From Proteobacteria bacterium UBA4457 (lineage in GTDB: Bacteria; Pseudomonadota; Gammaproteobacteria; Ga0077536): a stretch of DNA of 64,000 nucleotides. The notes under the pieces were generated by a model. The model saw only the letters and a list, made by a program, of their open reading frames with translations. It was not told the origin of the DNA and did no database searches. Shown in pieces: positions 39,509 through 51,703 of this stretch. The translations under genes were made by a program, and so were the position numbers. Location: assembly GCA_002390205.1 (NCBI GenBank), contig DGOV01000019.1:11802-75801 (forward strand), in the 5' to 3' direction. Within the stretch, counting starts at the first letter, position 1, and the number at the start of each line of letters is the position of its first letter.

Positions 39509-40122
39509 AAGAAAAAGAGCTCGTTATAGCGACGAGTAACCAAGGGAAAGTGGATGAGTTTAAAAAGCTTTTGTCATTATCTAAGATTGAAGTCAGAACT
39601 CAGGCTGAGTTCGGTTTAGAGACTCCTGCAGAGACGGGGCTGACTTTTGTGGAAAATAGCTTGTTGAAAGCCAGATACGTGTGTGAAAAAACAGGGATAC
39701 CAACATTAGCAGATGATTCGGGATTATGTGTGCCGTCTTTGGGCGGGGCACCGGGAATATTTTCCTCTCGTTATGCTGGTGAAGGTTCTTCGGATTCGGA
39801 AAATATAGAGAAACTTCTTTCTTCTCTGAGTGGCGCAGTCCGATCGGAGCGTGTGTGCTTTTTTATCTGCGTGTTAGTGCTGCTGAAATCAAAAAATGAT
39901 GAAACACCATATATAGTTAGCAAGACATGGAAAGGTGAAGTACTTGAGACTCCGAAAGGAGAAAACGGGTTTGGCTATGACCCACTCTTTTACGTTCCTG
40001 GCTACAAATGTTCTGCTGCTCAACTACCATCTGCGATTAAAAACCAGGTTAGTCATAGAGGCCAAGCGATGAAAAAATTCCTTGATGATCTGCAAGCAGG
40101 TCCTGATTGTGATCTGGTCTAA
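39505..40122 (+). CDS. rdgB: dITP/XTP pyrophosphatase
   Basis: [29 protein letters not shown]. Confidence 0.95.
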   Translation: MKEKELVIATSNQGKVDEFKKLLSLSKIEVRTQAEFGLETPAETGLTFVENSLLKARYVCEKTGIPTLADDSGLCVPSLGGAPGIFSSRYAGEGSSDSENIEKLLSSLSGAVRSERVCFFICVLVLLKSKNDETPYIVSKTWKGEVLETPKGENGFGYDPLFYVPGYKCSAAQLPSAIKNQVSHRGQAMKKFLDDLQAGPDCDLV

Positions 40123-40125
40123 GTT

Positions 40126-41256
40126 TTGAGCGGACTCTATGTTCATTTGCCTTGGTGCACTAAGAAATGCCCATATTGTGATTTTAACTCATATCAAGCC
40201 AAGGACACTATTGCCGAGAAAATGTACGTTAACGCATTGATGAGAGATTTAGATCGGGAGTGTTCTGTGCAATCGTTAGAGCCTGTTTCCAGTATTTTCG
40301 TAGGGGGCGGGACTCCTAGTTTATTCTCTGGAGATGCTATTAATTCTCTCCTAGATGGAATTAGTAATCGTTTAACGCTCTCAGATGACGTCGAGATCAC
40401 TTTGGAAGCAAACCCTGGTAGCTCTGACGCAAGTCGTTTCAAAGATTATAGAACAGCAGGTGTAAATCGTATTTCTATAGGTGTTCAAAGTTTCAGTAAT
40501 ACGTGCTTGACTGCTTTAGGTCGAGCTCATAGTGCTGTTGATTCTTGTGATGCTATAGATGCTGCAGTTAGTGCAGGCTTCGACAATATGAACATTGATC
40601 TTATGTTTGGCTTACCTTCGAAGGATAGCTCTCGGACTCTGAAAGATCTATCGCAGGCAATAGCATTTAATCCTCAACATATTTCATGGTATCAGCTGAC
40701 TATCGAAGAGAATACTGCCTTTGCGAAGAAGCCGCCTATGCTGCCGTCGCATGATGATATTTGTGACGAATATGAAGCTGGTCAAATTTTGCTTACTGAG
40801 GCAGGATTCTCCCAGTATGAAATTTCTGCTTATAGCAAGCAGGGTAGAGCATCCCGACATAACTTAAATTATTGGAACTTTGGTGATTATGTCGGAATCG
40901 GGGCCGGTGCACATGGGAAAAAAGCGAGCAGTGAAGGTGTAGTTCGCACAGAGAAAATAAAAAATCCAGATCGTTATATGCAATCAGCTTTATCAAATAA
41001 AAACATTCACATAGACCGGCTGGTCACTGAAGAACAATTGATCGGTGAGTACATGATCAATGTATTGAGGTTAAAGAATGGATTTTGTATCGATGCTTTG
41101 CTAGCCAATATTTCTAAATTGAACCTGCAGAAGCATTTTTTTAAATGTATTGATAGTGCATGTTCTAAGAACTTTCTAGAACGCGACGATCGATGGGTAA
41201 AGCCAACACCATTGGGGTATAGATTTTTGAATGATTTGCAGCTTATTTTTCTATAA
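40126..41256 (+). CDS. hemW: Radical SAM heme chaperone HemW
   Basis: LYVHLPWCTKKCPYCDFNS, GGGTPS, HNLNYW; rph-rdgB-hemW synteny. Confidence 0.93.
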   Translation: MSGLYVHLPWCTKKCPYCDFNSYQAKDTIAEKMYVNALMRDLDRECSVQSLEPVSSIFVGGGTPSLFSGDAINSLLDGISNRLTLSDDVEITLEANPGSSDASRFKDYRTAGVNRISIGVQSFSNTCLTALGRAHSAVDSCDAIDAAVSAGFDNMNIDLMFGLPSKDSSRTLKDLSQAIAFNPQHISWYQLTIEENTAFAKKPPMLPSHDDICDEYEAGQILLTEAGFSQYEISAYSKQGRASRHNLNYWNFGDYVGIGAGAHGKKASSEGVVRTEKIKNPDRYMQSALSNKNIHIDRLVTEEQLIGEYMINVLRLKNGFCIDALLANISKLNLQKHFFKCIDSACSKNFLERDDRWVKPTPLGYRFLNDLQLIFL

Positions 41257-41902
41257 TGGTTCCGGTGCCTAAAGGCGTCCCATATTTCTCTGCCCATGCT
41301 ATTTCTGATAAAGGTCGCCTTAGAAGTTTCTTAGGGAATTTTTTAGAAGGCCAGCCCATGGTGATCATAGCGGCGGTTGATATGTCTTCAGGGATATTGA
41401 GTAGTTCTTTGATTTGGGGTTCAACATGACAAAGCAGGGTCGTCAAGGCAGTCCCAAGACCTATACTTCGTGCTCTCAGTAACACATTTTGAACGGCGGG
41501 GTAGATGGATGCACCTCCAACAACACTCAGTCTGTCCAAGTCTGTATCTGTTGCGTGACAGTCTGCCAGTTGTGCACAAACAACAATAAATACTGGAATT
41601 TCCGCTAAATGCCGAGCAAAATAGTCCGCCGAAGCGACTATTTTTTTATCTTTAGAGCCTAGTCGTACCATACCTTCATCGATTGCTTGAACATACGTTT
41701 CCCAGAACGGTAAGTAGAGCGCTTGCATCTGTTTTTTCATATCACTGTCTTTGATTACAACAAAGCTAACCGGCTGACGATTGCCTCCACTCGGACTGAA
41801 TCTAGCCGCCTCTAAGGTAACTGCTATGTCCTGATCACAGACTGGCTTTTTCTGGTAAAACCTACAAGTATTTGTACTCTCCATCACCTCTGATAAGTTC
41901 AT
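41243..41902 (-). CDS. Nitroreductase family protein
   Basis: SPSGGNRQP, GASIYPAVQN.LL.AR..GLG, GWP. Confidence 0.88.
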   Translation of the reverse strand: MNLSEVMESTNTCRFYQKKPVCDQDIAVTLEAARFSPSGGNRQPVSFVVIKDSDMKKQMQALYLPFWETYVQAIDEGMVRLGSKDKKIVASADYFARHLAEIPVFIVVCAQLADCHATDTDLDRLSVVGGASIYPAVQNVLLRARSIGLGTALTTLLCHVEPQIKELLNIPEDISTAAMITMGWPSKKFPKKLLRRPLSEIAWAEKYGTPLGTGTIIEK

Positions 41903-41940
41903 TGAATTTCCTTTTTTCAGTCTATACGCTAAATACTATT

Positions 41941-43446
41941 TTATAAAAGATATATGACTGATAGTAGACCTGCTATTGACATAGTAAAAGTATAAGGGAG
42001 TGCCATCCAGACCATCTTCCCATAAGAAAGTTTAATAAGGGGCGCGATCGCAGAGGTCAATAGGAAAAGGAATGCGGCTTGACCATTTGGTGTCGCGACA
42101 CTCGGAATATTAGTTCCTGTATTGATGGCAATAGCGAGCAAGTCGAATTGTTCTCTCGTTATTTTTCCTGCATCAAAAGCGTCTTTAACCTCAGTTATGT
42201 AGACTGTCGCAACAAATACGTTATCACTTATCATGGATAGCAATCCATTAGCCAAATAGAAAGCAGAGGTCTGAGTTGTTCCTTCTAGTGTCAGTACCCA
42301 ACCTATGACAGGAGAGAACAAATGTTGATCGTGGATTACGGCTACGATGGCGAAGAAAACCACGAGTAACGAAGTAAAAGGCAGAGCTTCCTCAAAAGCA
42401 TGACCGATTTGATGTTCTTCGGTTACCCCGTTGAGAGCAGTTGCGATAACGATTACTGCCAGTCCGATAACGCCAACTTCTGCTAAGTGGAATCCCAGAG
42501 CGACACATAGGAAGACAGCAGCTCCTCCTTGAACCCAAAGTTTAGCGATGTCTTGTTGGGTACGTCTTTCGGTTTGATGGGAATCGTAGTCCTGTAGAAT
42601 CGATTTCACCTTCGCCGGTAAGGAGCCTCCAAAACCAAAAACTTTGGTCTTTTCAAGAAAAACACAAGTAAGAAGCCCTGTTACCAAAACGGGCATTGAT
42701 ACTGGGGCCATTCTCATAAAGAACTCGCCGAATTCCCACCCAGCAATTTTCGCTATTAATAGATTTTGAGGTTCTCCGACTAGTGTACAAACGCCCCCCA
42801 GAGCAGTACCTATCGCTGCATGCATCATTAAGCTACATAGAAATGCCCGAAAATCGTCCAGATCTTGTCTATACGAGTCCTTTATTTCCGTGTCGCCACT
42901 CACATCATGCTCATGATGGTATTCTTTTCCAGAGGCGACCTTGTGATACACCAGATAAAACCCCTGAGCTACAGTTATGATTACTGCAGTGACGGTGAGG
43001 GCATCTAGGAAAGCGGAAAGCACCGCAGCCACGAAACAGAAGAGAAATGAGAGTTTAGTTTTCGATTCTACTTTCAGTAGTATTTTTGTAAACCCGAACA
43101 ATAGAAGATCTTTCAGGAAGTAGATCCCAGCGACCATGAACATTAGGAGCATAATAACGGGAAAATTCTGGACGGTTTCATTGTAAACGCTTTCCGGAGA
43201 AGTCATCCCAAGCATGACGGCCTGAATCGCGAGTAATCCCCCTGGCTGGAGAGGGTAACACTTTAAGGCCATAGCTAAGCAGAATATAAATTCTAGGATG
43301 AGCAGCCAACCAGCTATAAATGGCCCTAATGTAAAAAGAACTAGTGGATTGAAAATCAAGAACCCTATTATTGTCTGCTTATACCAGTCTGGCGAGTTAC
43401 CTAGAAAGTTTTTGGCAAGTGCCGACGACATTGTTTGATGTATCAT
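41941..43446 (-). CDS. nhaB: Na+/H+ antiporter NhaB (start placed at ATG 43446 after AAGGA; ORF track extends to 43482)
   Basis: [57 protein letters not shown]. Confidence 0.95.
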   Translation of the reverse strand: MIHQTMSSALAKNFLGNSPDWYKQTIIGFLIFNPLVLFTLGPFIAGWLLILEFIFCLAMALKCYPLQPGGLLAIQAVMLGMTSPESVYNETVQNFPVIMLLMFMVAGIYFLKDLLLFGFTKILLKVESKTKLSFLFCFVAAVLSAFLDALTVTAVIITVAQGFYLVYHKVASGKEYHHEHDVSGDTEIKDSYRQDLDDFRAFLCSLMMHAAIGTALGGVCTLVGEPQNLLIAKIAGWEFGEFFMRMAPVSMPVLVTGLLTCVFLEKTKVFGFGGSLPAKVKSILQDYDSHQTERRTQQDIAKLWVQGGAAVFLCVALGFHLAEVGVIGLAVIVIATALNGVTEEHQIGHAFEEALPFTSLLVVFFAIVAVIHDQHLFSPVIGWVLTLEGTTQTSAFYLANGLLSMISDNVFVATVYITEVKDAFDAGKITREQFDLLAIAINTGTNIPSVATPNGQAAFLFLLTSAIAPLIKLSYGKMVWMALPYTFTMSIAGLLSVIYLL

Positions 43447-43574
43447 TAAAATAGATCCTTTTATGTTTTCCTTAGTTGTCACCAGAGCTTAATCATTGTC
43501 AGTGCGCCTACAGCGCCTCGAGATTTCTGAATCTCTCGCCAGTTTTTTTCCCTTTTAGGGCGTCCTCATCGAGT

Positions 43575-46238
43575 TTAGGCTGCTAGCTCCCGCAAAACAA
43601 ACTGCAAGATGCCACCATGTTGGTAGTATTGCCACTCTTTGGGAGTGTCAATTCTTACGTCACACGGGAATCGAGTTACCGTCCCGTCGTTTGCTTCCGC
43701 GACGATTATCACTTCTTTAACGCCCTGTGAAAAACCTTCTACCGTATAAGTTTCTAGTCCTGTCAATCCTAAAGATTCACTATTTTGCCCATTCTTAAAG
43801 TTTAGTGGAAGCACTCCCATTCCTACTAGGTTAGAGCGATGAATTCTTTCGAAACTTTCGGTAATTACCGCACTCACACCCAGTAAGGAAGTCCCTTTAG
43901 CAGCCCAATCTCGTGACGACCCAGTACCATATTCTTTTCCGCCCAGAACGATCAGCGGGGTGTTTTCCTTTTGATATTGCATCGCAGCATCATAAACTGA
44001 CATTTCGGTGTTGCTAGGTTGGTGTCTTGTCCAGCCGCCCTCAGTTCCCGGGGCCAGTTGATTTCGCAGTCTAATGTTGGCGAACGTTCCTCGCATCATG
44101 ACTTCATGGTTTCCACGACGGGATCCATAAGAATTAAAATCTTTCGAAGTTACTCCGTTGTCAATTAGGTATTTTCCTGCCGGGCTATCGGCTTTTATGT
44201 TCCCAGCAGGCGATATATGGTCGGTTGTTATTGAATCTCCGAGCTTTAGTAAAACCCGAGCACCCTCTATTTGTTTTAATTCTTTTGGTTCTTTTGGCAT
44301 ATCTTTAAAATAAGGAGGGTTTTTGACATAAGTGGAGGTATCGTCCCACGCATACAGGCTAGATTCACTAACATCAATGCCCGCCCATCGCGCGTCTCCT
44401 GAGAATACGTTAGCGTAACTATCTTTAAACATTTCGGAGTCGATCGTCGAAGTAACAGCTTGCTGGATCTCGGCAGAGCTAGGCCATATGTCTTTTAAAT
44501 AGACAGGGTTTCCCTCTGGTGTTTCGCCTAGAGGAGCAGTCATGATGTCGATATCCATCTTTCCTGCTATGGCATAGGCAACAACTAAAGGGGGGGATGC
44601 TAAGAAATTCATTTTCACTTCAGCGTGCACACGTCCCTCAAAATTCCGGTTTCCTGAAAGCACCGAACACGCGATTACATCGCCATCCTTGATTGCGGTG
44701 CTGACTGGTTCAGGAATGGGACCTGAATTACCAATACAGGTTGTACAACCATAGCCCACAGTATGAAACCCCAAAGCATTCAAGTGCTCTGTGAGGCCAG
44801 CTTTATTAAGATAGTCAGTTACAACTAGAGAGCCGGGCCCTAAGCTTGTTTTAACCCAGGGTTGTACTTTTAGTCCTAGTTCATTGGCTTTTTTAGCAAG
44901 TAATCCTGCCCCAACCATAACTGAAGGATTTGACGTATTTGTACATGACGTGATGGCTGCAATAACCACAGCACCATCTTTTATTTCAGCTTTCGATCCA
45001 TTTATGTCAGTAGTCGAAGATCCGCCTGAGGTTCTATCTTTAGTCGCTTCAATCAAAGCTCTTTGGAAGACAGTATGAGCTGAGTCGAGGTCAATTCTAT
45101 CTTGTGGTCTTTTAGGGCCCGCTAAGCTTGGCTTAATCGAATTCATATCCAGTGTAAGTGAATCAGAGTACGTAGCTTCTGGACTCGAGGCATCGCGCCA
45201 CATACCTGTCTCTTTTGCATAAGCTTCCACTAAAGCTACTTGGTCTGAACTTCGCCCCGAGAGTTTGAGGTAAGCTATGGTTTCGATATCGATGGGGAAT
45301 AGCCCGCAGGTAGCGCCGTATTCAGGGGCCATATTTGCTAATGTTGCGCGATCAGCTAAAGGTAAATTATTTAGCCCTGAGCCATAAAATTCTACAAATT
45401 TCCCAACCACTCCTTTCTGTCTGAGCATTTCAACGACCTTTAGCACCAGGTCAGTCGCAGTAGCGCCTTCTGGAAGATTTCCTTCTAGTTTGAAGCCCAC
45501 TACCTGTGGGATCAGCATGGTTATCGGTTGTCCGAGCATTGCTGCCTCAGCCTCAATGCCTCCAACACCCCATCCGAGAACACCCAAACCGTTGATCATT
45601 GTCGTGTGTGAGTCGGTACCTACAACGGTATCCGGATATGCTTGAAGTACTCCATTTACAGTATTTTCAAATACCGTTCTCGCTAAAAACTCAAGGTTGA
45701 CTTGGTGAACGATGCCAGTATCAGGCGGGACTACTGAGAAGTTAGAGAATGCATTTTGCCCCCAGCGAAGGAAACCATACCGTTCTTTATTCCTATCGAA
45801 CTCAATTTTAGCATTTTTTTCCGCTGCGCTTTGTGCGCCGAAGTGATCAACTTGAACAGAGTGGTCAATGACAAGTTCTGCTGGTGACAGAGGGTTAATT
45901 TTCTTAGGATCCCCTCCCATGGCTATCATGGCATCTCGCATGGCAGCTAAGTCGACCACACAAGGTACTCCGGTAAAATCTTGCATTAGAACTCTAGCCG
46001 GTGTGAAAGCAATCTCTTGACTCGGCTCTGCAGTTGGATTCCAATTAGCGACAGCCTCAATATCACTTCTGGTGACATTGACTCCATCCTCGAAACGTAA
46101 AAGGTTTTCTAAGAGAATTTTGTGTGCAAATGGCAATTTGTCTATGGGATACTGATCGGCGAGGCGCTTGCAGCTGAAAATTTGGTAGGTTTTTTCGCCT
46201 ACTGAAAGTTCTTTACTGGCATTAAATGAGTTTTTCAT
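43575..46238 (-). CDS. acnA: Aconitate hydratase A
   Basis: [49 protein letters not shown]. Confidence 0.97.
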   Translation of the reverse strand: MKNSFNASKELSVGEKTYQIFSCKRLADQYPIDKLPFAHKILLENLLRFEDGVNVTRSDIEAVANWNPTAEPSQEIAFTPARVLMQDFTGVPCVVDLAAMRDAMIAMGGDPKKINPLSPAELVIDHSVQVDHFGAQSAAEKNAKIEFDRNKERYGFLRWGQNAFSNFSVVPPDTGIVHQVNLEFLARTVFENTVNGVLQAYPDTVVGTDSHTTMINGLGVLGWGVGGIEAEAAMLGQPITMLIPQVVGFKLEGNLPEGATATDLVLKVVEMLRQKGVVGKFVEFYGSGLNNLPLADRATLANMAPEYGATCGLFPIDIETIAYLKLSGRSSDQVALVEAYAKETGMWRDASSPEATYSDSLTLDMNSIKPSLAGPKRPQDRIDLDSAHTVFQRALIEATKDRTSGGSSTTDINGSKAEIKDGAVVIAAITSCTNTSNPSVMVGAGLLAKKANELGLKVQPWVKTSLGPGSLVVTDYLNKAGLTEHLNALGFHTVGYGCTTCIGNSGPIPEPVSTAIKDGDVIACSVLSGNRNFEGRVHAEVKMNFLASPPLVVAYAIAGKMDIDIMTAPLGETPEGNPVYLKDIWPSSAEIQQAVTSTIDSEMFKDSYANVFSGDARWAGIDVSESSLYAWDDTSTYVKNPPYFKDMPKEPKELKQIEGARVLLKLGDSITTDHISPAGNIKADSPAGKYLIDNGVTSKDFNSYGSRRGNHEVMMRGTFANIRLRNQLAPGTEGGWTRHQPSNTEMSVYDAAMQYQKENTPLIVLGGKEYGTGSSRDWAAKGTSLLGVSAVITESFERIHRSNLVGMGVLPLNFKNGQNSESLGLTGLETYTVEGFSQGVKEVIIVAEANDGTVTRFPCDVRIDTPKEWQYYQHGGILQFVLRELAA

Positions 46239-46328
46239 TGTCTTCCCTATTAGCTGATATTATAAATTGCGTAGATCTACAAAAGCATTATCTTCAAAAA
46301 CGAGGCTGATGTGTAGTGCGACGGCTGA

Positions 46329-47453
46329 TTATTCAGAGATTTCTATTATTCCTCCACCTAAGCAGACGTCCTTTTCGTAAAAAACTATTGACTGTCCTGG
46401 AGCGATTGAGCGTTGCTTCTGGTCGAAAGACACCTCATATCCGTGACCATCTCTCTTTGAGACAAGACATTTTTGATCGGGTTGTCGATATCGGATTTTT
46501 GCTGATAGAGATTTAGGATATTCGCCATTGTCTTGATTCACCCATGATATCTCAGATAGCGTCAGCCTGTCTCCAAGCAAGACTGGATTAGATGTGCCTT
46601 GAGCGACAGTAAGTTCGTTCTTTGCAAGGTTTTTTTCTACCACAAACCACGGCTCGTCTGTTGCATTTTTAACACCTCCAATACCTAGACCTTTACGCTG
46701 TCCTAGGGTATACAGCGCAGCTCCCTGATGTAGACCTATTCTATTCCCGGCAGTATCGATTATGTGTCCTTCTTCTGAGGGAATATATTTTGAAAGGAAT
46801 TGTCTGAAGTCCCTTTCTCCGATAAAACAGATTCCCGTGCTGTCTTTTTTGTCATGTACCGTTATACCAGCTTTTTTTGCAAGCTCTCTGACTTGTTCTT
46901 TCCTGAGGTGACCGACCGGGAAGAGTGCTTTTTTCAGTTGTTTTTGATCCAACGTGTGGAGAAAATAGCTTTGATCTTTTTGAGGGTCATTCCCTCTTAG
47001 GAGTAATTTTTTTTGACCATTAAATATACTTTGCACGTAGTGACCTGTTGCGATGAAGTCACCTCCCAGTCGAAAGGCTTCATCCGCAAAGGCCTTAAAC
47101 TTAATTTCGCGATTACACAAAACGTCTGGGTTAGGCGTTCGCCCTAATTTATAGCCGTCCACTAAGTCTTTGAATACTAAATCCCAATAGTCTTTTGACA
47201 AATCGACAGTATTGAGAGGGATTTCTAGCATATCGCAGACCTGGAGTGCATCTGCAACATCCTCCTCCCATTGACACGTTCCTTGGTCTTCCATCTCATC
47301 CCAATTTTTCATAAAAAGAGCCGAGCAGTTGAAACCAGCTTCCTTAAGTATCAACGCCGCTACCGAAGAGTCGACCCCACCCGACATAGCAACAACCACA
47401 TGTATTTGATCGGGCGAGCGAGAATCTGACGGAGCTAACCAAGACTTATACAT
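46329..47453 (-). CDS. mnmA: tRNA 2-thiouridylase MnmA
   Basis: SGGVDS, PNPDVLCN, ATGHY, KDQSYF, DSTGICFIG. Confidence 0.97.
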   Translation of the reverse strand: MYKSWLAPSDSRSPDQIHVVVAMSGGVDSSVAALILKEAGFNCSALFMKNWDEMEDQGTCQWEEDVADALQVCDMLEIPLNTVDLSKDYWDLVFKDLVDGYKLGRTPNPDVLCNREIKFKAFADEAFRLGGDFIATGHYVQSIFNGQKKLLLRGNDPQKDQSYFLHTLDQKQLKKALFPVGHLRKEQVRELAKKAGITVHDKKDSTGICFIGERDFRQFLSKYIPSEEGHIIDTAGNRIGLHQGAALYTLGQRKGLGIGGVKNATDEPWFVVEKNLAKNELTVAQGTSNPVLLGDRLTLSEISWVNQDNGEYPKSLSAKIRYRQPDQKCLVSKRDGHGYEVSFDQKQRSIAPGQSIVFYEKDVCLGGGIIEISE

Positions 47454-47907
47454 AATAATGACCGGTGTGAAGCAGTGTTAGGGAGTGTTTGTTACCCTTT
47501 TCATAATCCTGAATAGCCTTTAATACCAAGCTACTTCGAGGTTTTTTCTGCTGTTGCGTGAGATTCTTCTTACTCATCCAATGGGTCCTAATGATGTCAT
47601 CATCTAACTTGCGGCTTTCGTCATAGCTTAGAATGTTTCCTTTGAAGCAAAACCTTAAAAAAGTGTTATGGAAATCCTCGGAACACATTAAGTAGATGCC
47701 TATAAGGTAATCAATGGACACGACTCGCCCCGTTTCTTCCAAAGTCTCTCTTATTGCTGCGTCTTTTAGAGACTCTCCTGACTCTAAGTGTCCAGCGGGC
47801 TGATTGAGAACGCTTTTTGCATCTACTGACTCTTCTACTAACAAATACTTATTGTTTTCTTCCAGAACGGTAGCGACTACGACGTGTGGCTTCCAGATCG
47901 TTGACAT
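47446..47907 (-). CDS. nudJ: Nudix hydrolase NudJ-like
   Basis: WKPHV, NQPAGHLE, RETLEETG; upstream of mnmA. Confidence 0.85.
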   Translation of the reverse strand: MSTIWKPHVVVATVLEENNKYLLVEESVDAKSVLNQPAGHLESGESLKDAAIRETLEETGRVVSIDYLIGIYLMCSEDFHNTFLRFCFKGNILSYDESRKLDDDIIRTHWMSKKNLTQQQKKPRSSLVLKAIQDYEKGNKHSLTLLHTGHYYV

Positions 47908-47917
47908 AATTTAAGTC

Positions 47918-50900
47918 TTACTTACTCTTTTTTATTTTTTTGATGATAGGTACGTCCCACGTTCCAGTTATCGAATAGTCTTGAGTCAGAAATTTATCAA
48001 TTTGTTTAGGGATAGATTTGAACATTTTCCCCCCTATATAATATACCGCTCCTGCCCCTATTCCGACTGGTCCAAATAAAGCGCTTGCCACAGGGATACT
48101 GCCAGAAAGTGCTGGAGTGACCGTTGCGATTTGATCATAGTCATGACTGGCTAAGCCAGTTTTCCCTCTAATAGTAATTTTAGCGGAGGGACCCTCGGTT
48201 ACTAGGTTGTCAGTGTGCGCGTAGCCTTTTATGATTTGGAAGTCTCCAGAAATAGAATCAAAAGCGAATCCTTTTTTGAAGAGGTCTTTAAAATCTAGGG
48301 ACAGTCGTCTTGGCAAAGATTGTAGACTTAAAAGACCAAAAATCCGACCACTTCCTGGGTCAACATTCTTAAAGCGCCCGTCAGTTAACGCCACTTGCAT
48401 GCTGCCGTTAAGATTTTTAATTTTAAGAGAAGATGGAGGGCCGGCCCAATTTACTTTCGCGCTGAATCCGATCTCTCCTCCTTTGATGTTTTTCCCTTGG
48501 TAGCCGAACTGTCGTAAAAATTTAGAAGCTGATTTCCCATTGGCCGTAATTTCAAAAGCACTGGTTTGGGAGCCTTTTTTAGTTGTCCATCGCCCGCTAG
48601 CGTCAACCAAAGCATCTTCTGTCTCAGAAGTTAGGGTATTAAATACCAATTCATTCTCGTTCTTCGATGCGGCAACCTTTGTTTTCCCTAGCTCAATGCC
48701 GTGATACATAAAATCATTAATGTCTATCGCAAGAGAAGGGAAGTCATTAGGTTCTAAATCGGAGCTTGCTTGCGGAACAGCTTCTGTTAACGACGTCTTT
48801 TTAATTAGACGCAGGTGCTGAAGTTTAATGTCGAGTACGTTGGAGTTTCTGAGAGAAGGCAGAATTATATTGCCAGAGGCATCTATTCCTTCTACCTTGA
48901 TATTCCAGCCTTCTTTGATTTGCAGACCTTTAATCCGCATATCACTAAAATCGTGTCTGAAAAGATTGGCAGCTCTAGTTCGTATGTCAAAAAGCAGGGG
49001 GATTTTTTCAGTATCTTCATTGGTGGAAATATCCCCTTTGAAAAATTTTATCCATGCATCGATTTCTATGTGATGAAAGGATCCACGAAATAGAATGCCC
49101 TTATGCAGTGTGGTGTGTTTTGCAGTTTCGAAGGTCGGCACATCACCGTTTTCAAAGAAGTCGATGAAGCCAACTTTCAATTTTCCGTCTTCTATTTTAA
49201 GGTCAACTGAAAATTCTTTTTCGTTTGGTGCTGATTTTTTCATCGGCATAGGCAATGTTGATTTCACACCTACTAAATTAGAGCTAAATTTAAACTGGCC
49301 ATTAAACTTCTCCTTATTATTGTCATGGGCCTTTTTAGGCATTGTTATAGTCGTATCCCAGTCTAAATTTCCTTTAATGTATGAGGTGAAATTTTTCTCA
49401 GTAAGCCATTTGGCGAAGCCTGGACTATGTTTTTCAAGCCTGAATATTAGTTTTTCGATTGTCGAATTGCCTTGGATATACACTTCAGCAGCATATAGCT
49501 CAGTATTCTTTCCACTTTTAGCATTAAGGTGTATTTCTGTAGCATCTAAAATAGCAGTTAGCTTATTCGTCCACCATTGAGTGTTTTTGAGGAATAAGCT
49601 TCCCGAAACCTCTGCTAATTTAATATCTGTACGAGCTAAACTTAACGTATTTTTATCAAAAGTAGCTCTGCCAGAGATATCTTTTTCCCCTCCACTAAAA
49701 AGAGGGACAGTCATATCTAAGTGCAGCGTAATATCGTCCTCTAATATGAATTGCGTAATTTGCTTCGCCTTAGTCTTTATTAATGGACTTGCTAGGACTA
49801 GCTCGGATGGAAAGGTACCGGGAGCCGTCGCTCTACCACTGATGCTTACGAACTTTTCTTTATTAAAGAGCTGCTTGGAGTTAACGTTGGCGTTTGATAT
49901 TGAGGCTTCACCGATAGTCCCTTCATTAATGAGAAAATAAAGGTTGTCTTCCCGCAGAGCTATGTGCCCATTCACTTCGCGTGCTAAGGGCCAGAGTCGG
50001 GCATATTCCAACGTCGATTTACTAACTTTGAAATCAGCGACGAGCGTGCCTTCAGAGTTTCTAAATGGAAAATTTTGCGTTGGCCCTCGAAAAGCAATCA
50101 TCCCTTCGGTCAACTGTCCTTTATGGAACAAGTTCCGCATCCAGGTTTCACCTTTGCGAGAGAGTATGTTCACAGGCAATAGGCTGCTAAGGCTTTGAGT
50201 ATCAATCTTAGGCAAGGAGACTCCAACGTCGAGATAAGCCTCATTGGAGAGTAAGTTCTTGTACCGACCGGACATATGAAAGGCTGAGTTGTTTAATTTT
50301 CCGGAAATACTAGGTACTGAAATACTCCAGTTACCTTTTCCGTTTTTCTCCCAATTGAGGGAGCCTTCAATGCTGTTGAATTCTAAAGGGCTATCAAGAT
50401 TATGATGTTCGTCGAGATAGAAATCCGTCTTCAATAGTATTAGTTCCCCTTCAATCTGGCTTATTTTCGCAACTCCTGAAAAGCCGTTTAAAGCCGGATA
50501 TTTATCAGTTCTTCTAGTGGATAAATTTTTTACACCGAGGCTTATAGCAAAGTCGGAGTCCGTGCCATCAGGATAATAATGACCTATTATGTTTTCCATT
50601 GAACCTCGCGGACTGACCGTTTCCAGCAGTTTTTGGGCTTCAAGAGGCACGGCGGCTGAGAGACGAGCCAAGTACATCGCTATCGCAATATCAAACTGCT
50701 TAGCTGAAAACTTGATTTCTTTATCAAGTAGGGGATCTTGCTTCCACACTAAATTGATTGCGTTTTGCATTTTCAGCGAAGAGATATGTGGCACCGATAA
50801 ATGTCTTATATCGAGCTTCCAAGTCGATCCTGTGGAGCTAACCGCGCCTTCAATAGCGATAGGATTTTCTGACTTGATGGCAGAAGACGGTCCTCGAAAA

Positions 50901-51703
50901 GCAAAGTCAAAAGTTTTCAAAGTTGAATCTTCCCAGACACCTTTCCCACTGAAGTCTGCTATCGGCACTTCATCAAGATCCAATGGCTGATTTAATATCG
51001 TAAGTACGTTCCTTAAATTTAGATTTTCAGCTTTGACCAACATATCGATGTTTTCTACACCCTTCGCTATCGTAGAGTCAGATTCCATAGAGAATTCGAA
51101 ATGTTGTCCTAATTCTTTTGGTAACTGGGCGGAGCCGAATATTTCATGGCCTTTATTATGAGCGCTGATTGCTGTGAGATTGGTAAGTAGGATATTTTGT
51201 TGAGTCATCTTATCTTCAAATTGAAGAGTCACGTCAATCAGGCTGAATACTTTTTGCGAAAGCAACCAGGTGAAAATTGGAAATTTAGGAGGAGGCATTC
51301 CCCTCACTGATATTTTACCTACTTCATCTCGAATTAAACTGATGTTGAGTTTTTCAAAGGTTATTTTTTCAGCAGTAAGCTCGCGGTTAATTAAACTTTG
51401 AATAGGTGATACTTCAATTCTTACTATGGGAAAGTGAATCAGCGTAGTACCGTTCGGCTTGTCCAAGATATTCAGTTTTTGCGCTGTTAACGTAGGCGCC
51501 CATCCCGTCCAACTGTATCGGACATTTTGGATTGAGGCAGGTCTGCCAGAGAAAGCAGTTAGATGGTCGGAGAAGAAATCGGTGTCGAGTTTGCTGAGGG
51601 GGAGTAAAATTCGAGCAGTAACAGCCGCGAACCCGACCACTATAATGAAATATGCTAACGCCTTAGGAGTCTTTGCACCAATAGTTTCTATGATTTTGAA
51701 CAT
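47918..51703 (-). CDS. yhdP: AsmA-family intermembrane lipid bridge YhdP
   Basis: 1261 aa, N-terminal TM, beta-rich; GRIFGLLSLQSLPRRLSLDFKDLF..GFAFD; Y.ITGTW..P end. Confidence 0.9.
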   Translation of the reverse strand: MFKIIETIGAKTPKALAYFIIVVGFAAVTARILLPLSKLDTDFFSDHLTAFSGRPASIQNVRYSWTGWAPTLTAQKLNILDKPNGTTLIHFPIVRIEVSPIQSLINRELTAEKITFEKLNISLIRDEVGKISVRGMPPPKFPIFTWLLSQKVFSLIDVTLQFEDKMTQQNILLTNLTAISAHNKGHEIFGSAQLPKELGQHFEFSMESDSTIAKGVENIDMLVKAENLNLRNVLTILNQPLDLDEVPIADFSGKGVWEDSTLKTFDFAFRGPSSAIKSENPIAIEGAVSSTGSTWKLDIRHLSVPHISSLKMQNAINLVWKQDPLLDKEIKFSAKQFDIAIAMYLARLSAAVPLEAQKLLETVSPRGSMENIIGHYYPDGTDSDFAISLGVKNLSTRRTDKYPALNGFSGVAKISQIEGELILLKTDFYLDEHHNLDSPLEFNSIEGSLNWEKNGKGNWSISVPSISGKLNNSAFHMSGRYKNLLSNEAYLDVGVSLPKIDTQSLSSLLPVNILSRKGETWMRNLFHKGQLTEGMIAFRGPTQNFPFRNSEGTLVADFKVSKSTLEYARLWPLAREVNGHIALREDNLYFLINEGTIGEASISNANVNSKQLFNKEKFVSISGRATAPGTFPSELVLASPLIKTKAKQITQFILEDDITLHLDMTVPLFSGGEKDISGRATFDKNTLSLARTDIKLAEVSGSLFLKNTQWWTNKLTAILDATEIHLNAKSGKNTELYAAEVYIQGNSTIEKLIFRLEKHSPGFAKWLTEKNFTSYIKGNLDWDTTITMPKKAHDNNKEKFNGQFKFSSNLVGVKSTLPMPMKKSAPNEKEFSVDLKIEDGKLKVGFIDFFENGDVPTFETAKHTTLHKGILFRGSFHHIEIDAWIKFFKGDISTNEDTEKIPLLFDIRTRAANLFRHDFSDMRIKGLQIKEGWNIKVEGIDASGNIILPSLRNSNVLDIKLQHLRLIKKTSLTEAVPQASSDLEPNDFPSLAIDINDFMYHGIELGKTKVAASKNENELVFNTLTSETEDALVDASGRWTTKKGSQTSAFEITANGKSASKFLRQFGYQGKNIKGGEIGFSAKVNWAGPPSSLKIKNLNGSMQVALTDGRFKNVDPGSGRIFGLLSLQSLPRRLSLDFKDLFKKGFAFDSISGDFQIIKGYAHTDNLVTEGPSAKITIRGKTGLASHDYDQIATVTPALSGSIPVASALFGPVGIGAGAVYYIGGKMFKSIPKQIDKFLTQDYSITGTWDVPIIKKIKKSK

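Noticed and set aside
41243..41902. Nitroreductase as an F420-biosynthesis FbiB-C/FbiE reductase
   Set aside because: Lacks the APHH-type motif I associate with that subfamily and has no cof/fbi neighbours
43483..43574. Hairpins upstream of nhaB as a Na+/Li+ riboswitch
   Set aside because: I could not match any riboswitch consensus; an Infernal/Rfam scan would be decisive
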